Program-made: the position numbers and the translations under genes
Assembly (NCBI GenBank): GCA_051362555.1
Contig: JBPQGU010000016.1
Location: 6,451,795 to 6,515,794, forward strand
Length of the DNA: 64,000 nucleotides
Source of the DNA: Lingula anatina
Taxonomy: Eukaryota > Animalia > Brachiopoda
Direction: 5' to 3'
The notes under the pieces: model-generated
What the model saw: only the letters and a program-made list of their open reading frames with translations
What the model was told of the DNA's origin: nothing
Databases searched by the model: none
Shown here: positions 9,801-21,800 of the stretch, piece after piece
How positions within the stretch are numbered: position 1 is the stretch's first letter
Layout: each line of letters opens with the position of its first letter

Positions 9801-12800
9801 TTGGCCAGGTAGGGATGAAAATTTTTTTTCTTCATTATAGTGTCAGGTAGGTGTGTTCGGTCATTTGTAGTAAGAATAAAGTGCTGGAAGAGTGGTGGTG
9901 TCAACATTAAGGAAGAAATAGAGCAAAAACTCTCTCTCCCCCCCCCCTCTCAGATTCTGTTCTCAGAGCTTATTTTTGGATCATCTTTAAAGCTAGAATT
10001 GGGGGCCTTGATGAAGTGACCCGGGCGCGTTTCCACATTTTTTATGAATGACAGGTGTGGTAGATTGATTTTCCTCACTTTTTGGAAAAATCGGAGACGG
10101 GTCGATTTTTGGTGATTTTGAGTGATTTTGAACAGTGCCGGCACTGTGAGATTTCTTCAATTTTGGCCAGGTAGGGATGAAAATTTTTTTTCTTCATTAT
10201 AGTGTCAGGTAGGTGTGTTCGGTCATTTGTAGTAAGAATAAAGTGCTGGAAGAGTGGTGGTGTCAACATTAAGGAAGAAATAGAGCAAAAACTCTCTCTC
10301 CCCCCCCCCTCTCAGATTCTGTTCTCAGAGCTTATTTTTGGATCATCTTTAAAGCTAGAATTGGGGGCCTTGATGAAGTGACCCGGGCGCGTTTCCACAT
10401 TTTTTATGAATGACAGGTGTGGTAGATTGATTTTCCTCACTTTTTGGAAAAATTGGAGACGGGTCGATTTTTGGTGATTTTGAGTGATTTTGAACAGTGC
10501 CGGCACTGTGAGATTTCTTCAATTTTGGCCAGGTAGGGATGAAAATTTTTTTTCTTCATTATAGTGTCAGGTAGGTGTGTTCGGTCATTTGTAGTAAGAA
10601 TAAAGTGCTGGAAGAGTGGTGGTGTCAACATTAAGGAAGAAATAGAGCAAAAACTCTCTCTCCCCCCCCCCTCTCAGATTCTGTTCTCAGAGCTTATTTT
10701 TGGATCATCTTTAAAGCTAGAATTGGGGGCCTTGATGAAGTGACCCGGGCGCGTTTCCACATTTTTTATGAATGACAGGTGTGGTAGATTGATTTTCCTC
10801 ACTTTTTGGAAAAATCGGAGACGGGTCGATTTTTGGTGATTTTGAGTGATTTTGAACAGTGCCGGCACTGTGAGATTTCTTCAATTTTGGCCAGGTAGGG
10901 ATGAAAATTTTTTTTCTTCATTATAGTGTCAGGTAGGTGTGTTCGGTCATTTGTAGTAAGAATAAAGTGCTGGAAGAGTGGTGGTGTCAACATTAAGGAA
11001 GAAATAGAGCAAAAACTCTCTCTCCCCCCCCCCTCTCAGATTCTGTTCTCAGAGCTTATTTTTGGATCATCTTTAAAGCTAGAATTGGGGGCCTTGATGA
11101 AGTGACCCGGGCGCGTTTCCACATTTTTTATGAATGACAGGTGTGGTAGATTGATTTTCCTCACTTTTTGGAAAAATCGGAGACGGGTCGATTTTTGGTG
11201 ATTTTGAGTGATTTTGAACAGTGCCGGCACTGTGAGATTTCTTCAATTTTGGCCAGGTAGGGATGAAAATTTTTTTTCTTCATTATAGTGTCAGGTAGGT
11301 GTGTTCGGTCATTTGTAGTAAGAATAAAGTGCTGGAAGAGTGGTGGTGTCAACATTAAGGAAGAAATAGAGCAAAAACTCTCTCTCCCCCCCCCCCTCTC
11401 AGATTCTGTTCTCAGAGCTTATTTTTGGATCATCTTTAAAGCTAGAATTGGGGGCCTTGATGAAGTGACCCGGGCGCGTTTCCACATTTTTTATGAATGA
11501 CAGGTGTGGTAGATTGATTTTCCTCACTTTTTGGAAAAATCGGAGACGGGTCGATTTTTGGTGATTTTGAGTGATTTTGAACAGTGCCGGCACTGTGAGA
11601 TTTCTTCAATTTTGGCCAGGTAGGGATGAAAATTTTTTTCTTCATTATAGTGTCAGGTAGGTGTGTTCGGTCATTTGTAGTAAGAATAAAGTGCTGGAAG
11701 AGTGGTGGTGTCAACATTAAGGAAGAAATAGAGCAAAAACTCTCTCTCCCCCCCCCCTCTCAGATTCTGTTCTCAGAGCTTATTTTTGGATCATCTTTAA
11801 AGCTAGAATTGGGGGCCTTGATGAAGTGACCCGGGCGCGTTTCCACATTTTTTATGAATGACAGGTGTGGTAGATTGATTTTCCTCACTTTTTGGAAAAA
11901 TTGGAGACGGGTCGATTTTTGGTGATTTTGAGTGATTTTGAACAGTGCCGGCACTGTGAGATTTCTTCAATTTTGGCCAGGTAGGGATGAAAATTTTTTT
12001 TCTTCATTATAGTGTCAGGTAGGTGTGTTCGGTCATTTGTAGTAAGAATAAAGTGCTGGAAGAGTGGTGGTGTCAACATTAAGGAAGAAATAGAGCAAAA
12101 ACTCTCTCTCCCCCCCCCTCTCAGATTCTGTTCTCAGAGCTTATTTTTGGATCATCTTTAAAGCTAGAATTGGGGGCCTTGATGAAGTGACCCGGGCGCG
12201 TTTCCACATTTTTTATGAATGACAGGTGTGGTAGATTGATTTTCCTCACTTTTTGGAAAAATCGGAGACGGGTCGATTTTTGGTGATTTTGAGTGATTTT
12301 GAACAGTGCCGGCACTGTGAGATTTCTTCAATTTTGGCCAGGTAGGGATGAAAATTTTTTTTCTTCATTATAGTGTCAGGTAGGTGTGTTCGGTCATTTG
12401 TAGTAAGAATAAAGTGCTGGAAGAGTGGTGGTGTCAACATTAAGGAAGAAATAGAGCAAAAACTCTCTCTCCCCCCCCCCTCTCAGATTCTGTTCTCAGA
12501 GCTTATTTTTGGATCATCTTTAAAGCTAGAATTGGGGGCCTTGATGAAGTGACCCGGGCGCGTTTCCACATTTTTTATGAATGACAGGTGTGGTAGATTG
12601 ATTTTCCTCACTTTTTGGAAAAATCGGAGACGGGTCGATTTTTGGTGATTTTGAGTGATTTTGAACAGTGCCGGCACTGTGAGATTTCTTCAATTTTGGC
12701 CAGGTAGGGATGAAAATTTTTTTTCTTCATTATAGTGTCAGGTAGGTGTGTTCGGTCATTTGTAGTAAGAATAAAGTGCTGGAAGAGTGGTGGTGTCAAC

Positions 12801-15800
12801 ATTAAGGAAGAAATAGAGCAAAAACTCTCTCTCCCCCCCCCCTCTCAGATTCTGTTCTCAGAGCTTATTTTTGGATCATCTTTAAAGCTAGAATTGGGGG
12901 CCTTGATGAAGTGACCCGGGCGCGTTTCCACATTTTTTATGAATGACAGGTGTGGTAGATTGATTTTCCTCACTTTTTGGAAAAATCGGAGACGGGTCGA
13001 TTTTTGGTGATTTTGAGTGATTTTGAACAGTGCCGGCACTGTGAGATTTCTTCAATTTTGGCCAGGTAGGGATGAAAATTTTTTTTCTTCATTATAGTGT
13101 CAGGTAGGTGTGTTCGGTCATTTGTAAGTAAGAATAAAGTGCTGGAAGAGTGGTGGTGTCAACATTAAGGAAGAAATAGAGCAAAAACTCTCTCTCCCCC
13201 CCCCCTCTCAGATTCTGTTCTCAGAGCTTATTTTTGGATCATCTTTAAAGCTAGAATTGGGGGCCTTGATGAAGTGACCCGGGCGCGTTTCCACATTTTT
13301 ATGAATGACAGGTGTGCGTAGATTGATTTCCTCACTTTTTGGAAAAATCGGAGACGGGTCGATTTTTGGTGATTTTGAGTGATTTTGAACAGTGCCGGCA
13401 CTGTGAGATTTCTTCAATTTTGGCCAGGTAGGGATGAAAATTTTTTTTCTCATTATAGTGTCAGGTAGGTGTGTTCGGTCATTTGTAGTAAGAATAAAGT
13501 GCTGGAAGAGTGGTGGTGTCAACATTAAGGAAGAAATAGAGCAAAAACTCTCTCTCCCCCCCCCTCTCAGATTCTGTTCTCAGAGCTTATTTTGGATCAT
13601 CTTAAAGCTAGAATTGGGGGCCTTGATGAAGTGACCCGGGCGCGTTCCACATTTTTTATGAATGACAGGTGTGGTAGATTGATTTTCCTCACTTTTTGGA
13701 AAAATCGGAGACGGGTCGATTTTTGGTGATTTTGAGTGATTTTGAACAGTGCCGGCACTGTGAGATTTCTTCAATTTTGGCCAGGTAGGGATGAAAATTT
13801 TTTTTCTTCATTATAGTGTCAGGTAGGTGTGTTCGGTCATTTGTAGTAAGAATAAAGTGCTGGAAGAGTGGTGGTGTCAACATTAAGGAAGAAATAGAGC
13901 AAAAACTCTCTCTCCCCCCCCCTCTCAGATTCTGTTCTCAGAGCTTATTTTTGGATCATCTTTAAAGCTAGAATTGGGGGCCTTGATGAAGTGACCCGGG
14001 CGCGTTTCCACATTTTTTATGAATGACAGGTGTGGTAGATTGATTTTCCTCACTTTTTGGAAAAATCGGAGACGGGTCGATTTTTGGTGATTTTGAGTGA
14101 TTTTGAACAGTGCCGGCACTGTGAGATTTCTTCAATTTTGGCCAGGTAGGGATGAAAATTTTTTTCTTCATTATAAGTGTCAGGTAGGTGTGTTCGGTCA
14201 TTTGTAGTAAGAATAAAGTGCTGGAAGAGTGGTGGTGTCAACATTAAGGAAGAAATAGAGCAAAAACTCTCTCTCCCCCCCCTCTCAGATTCTGTTCTCA
14301 GAGCTTATTTTTGGATCATCTTAAAGCTAGAATTGGGGCCTTGATGAAGTGACCCGGGCGCGTTTCCACATTTTTTATGAATGACAGGTGTGGTAGATTG
14401 ATTTTCCTCACTTTTTGGAAAAATCGGAGACGGGTCGATTTTTGGTGATTTTGAGTGATTTTGAACAGTGCCGGCACTGTGAGATTTCTTCAATTTGGCC
14501 AGGTAGGGATGAAAATTTTTTTTCTTCATTATAGTGTCAGGTAGGTGTGTTCGGTCATTTGTAGTAAGAATAAAGTGCTGGAAGGAGTGGTGGTGTCAAC
14601 ATTAAGGAAGAAATAGAGCAAAAACTCTCTCTCCCCCCCCCCCTCTCAGATTCTGTTCTCAGAGCTTATTTTTGGATCATCTTTAAAGCTAGAATTGGGG
14701 GCCTTGATGAAGTGACCCGGGCGCGTTTCCACATTTTTTATGAATGACAGGTGTGGTAGATTGATTTTCCTCACTTTTTGGAAAAATCGGAGACGGGTCG
14801 ATTTTGGTGATTTTGAGTGATTTTGAACAGTGCCGGCACTGTGAGATTTCTTCAATTTTGGCCAGGTAGGGATGAAAATTTTTTTTCTTCATTATAGTGT
14901 CAGGTAGGTGTGTTCGGTCATTTGTAGTAAGAATAAAGTGCTGGAAGAGTGGTGGTGTCAACATTAAGGAAGAAATAGAGCAAAAACTCTCTCTCCCCCC
15001 CCCCTCTCAGATTCTGTTCTCAGAGCTTATTTTTGGATCATCTTTAAAGCTAGAATTGGGGGCCTTGATGAAGTGACCCGGGCGCGTTTCCACATTTTTT
15101 TATGAATGACAGGTGTGGTAGATTGATTTTCCTCACTTTTTGGAAAAATCGGAGACGGGTCGATTTTTGGTGATTTGAGTGATTTTGAACAGTGCCGGCA
15201 CTGTGAGATTTCTTCAATTTTGGCCAGGTAGGGATGAAAATTTTTTTTCTTCATTATAGTGTCAGGTAGGTGTGTTCGGTCATTTGTAGTAAGAATAAAG
15301 TGCTGGAAGAGTGGTGGTGTCAACATTAAGGAAGAAATAGAGCAAAAACTCTCTCTCCCCCCCCCCCCTCTCAGATTCTGTTCTCAGAGCTTATTTTTGG
15401 ATCATCTTTAAAGCTAGAATTGGGGCCTTGATGAAGTGACCCGGGCGCGTTTCCACATTTTTTATGAATGACAGGTGTGGTAGATTGATTTCCTCACTTT
15501 TTGGAAAAATCGGAGACGGGTCGATTTTTTGGTGATTTTGAGTGATTTTGAACAGTGCCGGCACTGTGAGATTTCTTCAATTTTGGCCAGGTAGGGATGA
15601 AAAATTTTTTTTCTTCATTATAGTGTCAGGTAGGTGTGTTCGGTCATTTGTAGTAAGAATAAAGTGCTGGAAGAGTGGTGGTGTCAACATTAAGGAAGAA
15701 ATAGAGCAAAAACTCTCTCTCCCCCCCCCCCTCTCAGATTCTGTTCTCAGAGCTTATTTTTGGATCATCTTTAAAGCTAGAATTGGGGGCCTTGATGAAG

Positions 15801-18800
15801 TGACCCGGGCGCGTTTCCACATTTTTTATGAATGACAGGTGTGGTAGATTGATTTTCCTCACTTTTTGGAAAAATCGGAGACGGGTCGATTTTTGGTGAT
15901 TTTGAGTGATTTTGAACAGTGCCGGCACTGTGAGATTTCTTCAATTTTGGCCAGGTAGGGATGAAAATTTTTTTCTTCATTATAGTGTCAGGTAGGTGTG
16001 TTCGGTCATTTGTAGTAAGAATAAAGTGCTGGAAGAGTGGTGGTGTCAACATTAAGGAAGAAATAGAGCAAAAACTCTCTCTCCCCCCCCCTCTCAGATT
16101 CTGTTCTCAGAGCTTATTTTTGGATCATCTTTTAGAATTGGGGGCCTTGATGAAGTGACCCGGGCGCGTTTCCACATTTTTTATGAATGACAGGTGTGGT
16201 AGATTGATTTTCCTCACTTTTTGGAAAAATCGGAGACGGGTCGATTTTTGGTGATTTTGAGTGATTTTGAACAGTGCCGGCACTGTGAGATTTCTTCAAT
16301 TTTGGCCAGGTAGGGATGAAAATTTTTTTTCTTCATTATAGTGTCAGGTAGGTGTGTTCGGTCATTTGTAGTAAGAATAAAGTGCTGGAAGAGTGGTGGT
16401 GTCAACATTAAGGAAGAAATAGAGCAAAAACTCTCTCTCCCCCCCCCCCTCTCAGATTCTGTTCTCAGAGCTTATTTTTGGATCATCTTTAAAGCTAGAA
16501 TTGGGGGCCTTGATGAAGTGACCCGGGCGCGTTTCTACATTTTTTATGAATGACAGGTGTGGTAGATTGATTTTCCTCACTTTTTGGAAAAATCGGAGAC
16601 GGGTCGATTTTTGGTGATTTTGAGTGATTTTGAACAGTGCCGGCACTGTGAGATTTCTTCAATTTTGGCCAGGTAGGGATGAAAATTTTTTTTCTTCATT
16701 ATAGTGTCAGGTAGGTGTGTTCGGTCATTTGTAGTAAGAATAAAGTGCTGGAAGAGTGGTGGTGTCAACATTAAGGAAGAAATAGAGCAAAAACTCTCTC
16801 TCCCCCCCCCCCTCTCAGATTCTGTTCTCAGAGCTTATTTTTGGATCATCTTTAAAGCTAGAATTGGGGGCCTTGATGAAGTGACCCGGGCGCGTTTCCA
16901 CATTTTTTATGAATGACAGGTGTGGTAGATTGATTTTCCTCACTTTTTGGAAAAATCGGAGACGGGTCGATTTTTGGTGATTTTGAGTGATTTTGAACAG
17001 TGCCGGCACTGTGAGATTTCTTCAATTTTGGCCAGGTAGGGATGAAAATTTTTTTTCTTCATTATAGTGTCAGGTAGGTGTGTTCGGTCATTTGTAGTAA
17101 GAATAAAGTGCTGGAAGAGTGGTGGTGTCAACATTAAGGAAGAAATAGAGCAAAAACTCTCTCTCCCCCCCCCCCTCTCAGATTCTGTTCTCAAAGCTTA
17201 TTTTTGGATCATCTTTAAAGCTAGAATTGGGGGCCTTGATGAAGTGACCCGGGCGCGTTTCCACATTTTTTATGAATGACAGGTGTGGTAGATTGATTTT
17301 CGTCACTTTTTGGAAAAATCGGAGACGGGTCGATTTTTGGTGATTTTGAGTGATTTTGAACAGTGCCGGCCACTGTGAGATTTCTTCAATTTTGGCCAGG
17401 TAGGGATGAAAATTTTTTTTCTTCATTATAGTGTCAGGTAGGTGTGTTCGGTCATTTGTAGTAAGAATAAAGTGCTGGAAGAGTGGTGGTGTCAACATTA
17501 AGGAAGAAATAGAGCAAAAACTCTCTCTCCCCCCCCCCCCTCTCAGATTCTGTTCTCAGAGCTTATTTTTGGATCATCTTTAAAGCTAGAATTGGGGGCC
17601 TTGATGAAGTGACCCGGGCGCGTTTCCACATTTTTTATGAATGACAGGTGTGGTAGATTGATTTTCGTCACTTTTTGGAAAAATCGGAGACGGGTCGATT
17701 TTTGGTGATTTTGAGTGATTTTCAACAGTGCCGGCACTGTGAGATTTCTTCAATTTTGGCCAGGTAGGGATGAAAATTTTTTTTCTTCATTATAGTGTCA
17801 GGTAGGTGTGTTCGGTCATTTGTAGTAAGAATAAAGTGCTGGAAGAGTGGTGGTGTCAACATTAAGGAAGAAATAGAGCAAAAACTCTCTCTCCCCCCCC
17901 CCCCCTCTCAGATTCTGTTCTCAGAGCTTATTTTTGGATCATCTTTAAAGCTAGAATTGGGGGCCTTGATGAAGTGACCCGGGCGCGTTTCCACATTTTT
18001 TATGAATGACAGGTGTGGTAGATTGATTTTCGTCACTTTTTGGAAAAATCGGAGACGGGTCGATTTTTGGTGATTTTGAGTGATTTTGAACAGTGCCGGC
18101 ACTGTGAGATTTCTTCAATTTTGGCCAGGTAGGGATGAAAATTTTTTTTCTTCATTATAGTGTCAGGTAGGTGTGTTCGGTCATTTGTAGTAAGAATAAA
18201 GTGCTGGAAGAGTGGTGGTGTCAATATTAAGGAAGAAATAGAGCAAAAACTCTCTCTCCCCCCCCCCCTCTCAGATTCTGTTCTCAGAGCTTATTTTTGG
18301 ATCATCTTTAAAGCTAGAATTGGGGGCCTTGATGAAGTGACCCGGGCGCGTTTCCACATTTTTTATGAATGACATGTGTGGTAGATTGATTTTCGTCACT
18401 TTTTGGAAAAATCGGAGACGGGTCGATTTTTGGTGATTTTGAGTGATTTTGAACAGTGCTGGCACTGTGAGATTTCTTCAATTTTGGCCAGGTAGGGATG
18501 AAAATTTTTTTTCTTCATTATAGTGTCAGGTAGGTGTGTTCGGTCATTTGTAGTAAGAATAAAGTGCTGGAAGAGTGGTGGTGTCAACATTAAGGAAGAA
18601 ATAGAGCAAAAACTCTCTCTCCCCCCCCCCCTCTCAGATTCTGTTCTCAGAGCTTATTTTTGGATCATCTTTAAAGCTAGAATTGGGGGCCTTGATGAAG
18701 TGACCCGGGCGCGTTTCCACATTTTTTATGAATGACAGGTGTGGTAGATTGATTTTCGTCACTTTTTGGAAAAATCGGAGACGGGTCGATTTTTGGTGAT

Positions 18801-21800
18801 TTTGAGTGATTTTGAACAGTGCCGGCACTGTGAGATTTCTTCAATTTTGGCCAGGTAGGGATGAAAAATTTTTTTCTTCATTATAGTGTCAGGTAGGTGT
18901 GTTCGGTCATTTGTAGTAAGAATAAAGTGCTGGAAGAGTGGTGGTGTCAACATTAAGGAAGAAATAGAGCAAAAACTCTCTCTCCCCCCCCCCCCCTCTC
19001 AGATTCTGTTCTCAGAGCTTATTTTTGGATCATCTTTAAAGCTAGAATTGGGGGCCTTGATGAAGTGACCCGGGCGCGTTTCCACATTTTTTATGAATGA
19101 CAGGTGTGGTAGATTGATTTTCGTCACTTTTTGGAAAAATCGGAGACGGGTCGATTTTTGGTGATTTTGAGTGATTTTGAACAGTGCCGGCACTGTGAGA
19201 TTTCTTCAATTTTGGCCAGGTAGGGATGAAAATTTTTTTTCTTCATTATAGTGTCAGGTAGGTGTGTTCGGTCATTTGTAGTAAGAATAAAGTGCTGGAA
19301 GAGTGGTGGTGTCAACATTAAGGAAGAAATAGAGCAAAAACTCTCTCTCCCCCCCCCCCCCCCTCTCAGATTCTGTTCTCAGAGCTTATTTTTGGATCAT
19401 CTTTAAAGCTAGAATTGGGGGCCTTGATGAAGTGACCCGGGCGCGTTTCCACATTTTTTATGAATGACAGGTGTGGTAGATTGATTTTCGTCACTTTTTG
19501 GAAAAATCGGAGATGGGTCGATTTTTGGTGATTTTGAGTGATTTTGAACAGTGCCGGCACTGTGAGATTTCTTCAATTTTGGCCAGGTAGGGATGAAAAA
19601 TTTTTTTCTTCATTATAGTGTCAGGTAGGTGTGTTCGGTCATTTGTAGTAAGAATAAAGTGCTGGAAGAGTGGTGGTGTCAACATTAAGGAAGAAATAGA
19701 GCAAAAACTCTCTCTCCCCCCCCCCCCTCTCAGATTCTGTTCTCAGAGCTTATTTTTGGATCATCTTTAAAGCTAGAATTGGGGGCCTTGATGAAGTGAC
19801 CCGGGCGCGTTTCCACATTTTTTATGAATGACAGGTGTGGTAGATTGATTTTCGTCACTTTTTGGAAAAATCGGAGACGGGTCGATTTTTGGTGATTTTG
19901 AGTGATTTTGAACAGTGCCGGCACTGTGAGATTTCTTCAATTTTGGCCAGGTAGGGATGAAAATTTTTTTTCTTCATTATAGTGTCAGGTAGGTGTGTTC
20001 GGTCATTTGTAGTAAGAATAAAGTGCTGGAAGAGTGGTGGTGTCAACATTAAGGAAGAAATAGAGCAAAAACTCTCTCTCCCCCCCCCCCCTCTCAGATT
20101 CTGTTCTCAGAGCTTATTTTTGGATCATCTTTAAAGCTAGAATTGGGGGCCTTGATGAAGTGACCCGGGCGCGTTTCCACATTTTTTATGAATGACAGGT
20201 GTGGTAGATTGATTTTCGTCACTTTTTGGAAAAATCGGAGACGGGTCGATTTTTGGTGATTTTGAGTGATTTTGAACAGTGCCGGCACTGTGAGATTTCT
20301 TCAATTTTGGCCAGGTAAGGATGAAAATTTTTTTTCTTCATTATAGTGTCAGGTAGGTGTGTTCGGTCATTTGTAGTAAGAATAAAGTGCTGGAAGAGTG
20401 GTGGTGTCAACATTAAGGAAGAAATAGAGCAAAAACTCTCTCTCCCCCCCCCCCCCTCTCAGATTCTGTTCTCAGAGCTTATTTTTGGATCATCTTTAAA
20501 GCTAAAATTGGGGGCCTTGATGAAGTGACCCGGGCGCGTTTCCACATTTTTTATGAATGACAGGTGTGGTAGATTGATTTTCGTCACTTTTTGGAAAAAT
20601 CGGAGACGGGTCGATTTTTGGTGATTTTGAGTGATTTTGAACAGTGCCGGCACTGTGAGATTTCTTCAATTTTGGCCAGGTAGGGATGAAAAATTTTTTT
20701 CTTCATTATAGTGTCAGGTAGGTGTGTTCGGTCATTTGTAGTAAGAATAAAGTGCTGGAAGAGTGGTGGTGTCAACATTAAGGAAGAAATAGAGCAAAAA
20801 CTCTCTCTCCCCCCCCCCCCCCTCTCAGATTCTGTTCTCAGAGCTTATTTTTGGATCATCTTTAAAGCTAGAATTGGGGGCCTTGATGAAGTGACCCGGG
20901 CGCGTTTCCACATTTTTTATGAATGACAGGTGTGGTAGATTGATTTTCGTCACTTTTTGGAAAAATTGGAGACGGGTCGATTTTTGGTGATTTTGAGTGA
21001 TTTTGAACAGTGCCGGCACTGTGAGATTTCTTCAATTTTGGCCAGGTAGGGATGAAAATTTTTTTTCTTCATTATAGTGTCAGGTAGGTGTGTTCGGTCA
21101 TTTGTAGTAAGAATAAAGTGCTGGAAGAGTGGTGGTATCAACATTAAGGAAGAAATAGAGCAAAAACTCTCTCTCCCCCCCCCTCTCAGATTCTGTTCTC
21201 AGAGCTTATTTTTGGATCATCTTTAAAGCTAGAATTGGGGGCCTTGATGAAGTGACCCGGGCGCATTTCCACATTTTTTATGAATGACAGGTGTGGTAGA
21301 TTGATTTTCGTCACTTTTTGGAAAAATCGGAGACGGGTTGATTTTTGGTGATTTTGAGTGATTTTGAACAGTGCCGGCACTGTGAGATTTCTTCAATTTT
21401 GGCCAGGTAGGGATGAAATTTTTTTTTTCTTCATTATAGTGTCAGGTAGGTGTGTTCGGTCATTTGTAGTAAGAATAAAGTGCTGGAAGAGTGGTGGTGT
21501 CAACATTAAGGAAGAAATAGAGCAAAAACTCTCTCTCCCCCCCCCCCCCTCTCAGATTCTGTTCTCAGAGCTTATTTTTGGATCATCTTTAAAGCTAGAA
21601 TTGGGGGCCTTGATGAAGTGACCCGGGCGCGTTTCCACATTTTTTATGAATGACAGGTGTGGTAGATTGATTTTCGTCACTTTTTGGAAAAATCAGAGAC
21701 GGGTCGATTTTTGGTGATTTTGAGTGATTTTGAACAGTGCCGGCACTGTGAGATTTCTTCAATTTTGGCCAGGTAGGGATGAAAATTTTTTTTCTTCATT

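Noticed and set aside
9801-10165. Tandem RNA gene (5S, tRNA, snRNA, spliced-leader) or hammerhead ribozyme in the monomer
   Set aside because: No 5S, tRNA or U-snRNA sequence recognised; AATTTTGG Sm-like strings are expected in T-tract DNA; no CTGATGA...GAAA core with flanking stems. An Infernal/Rfam scan would settle it
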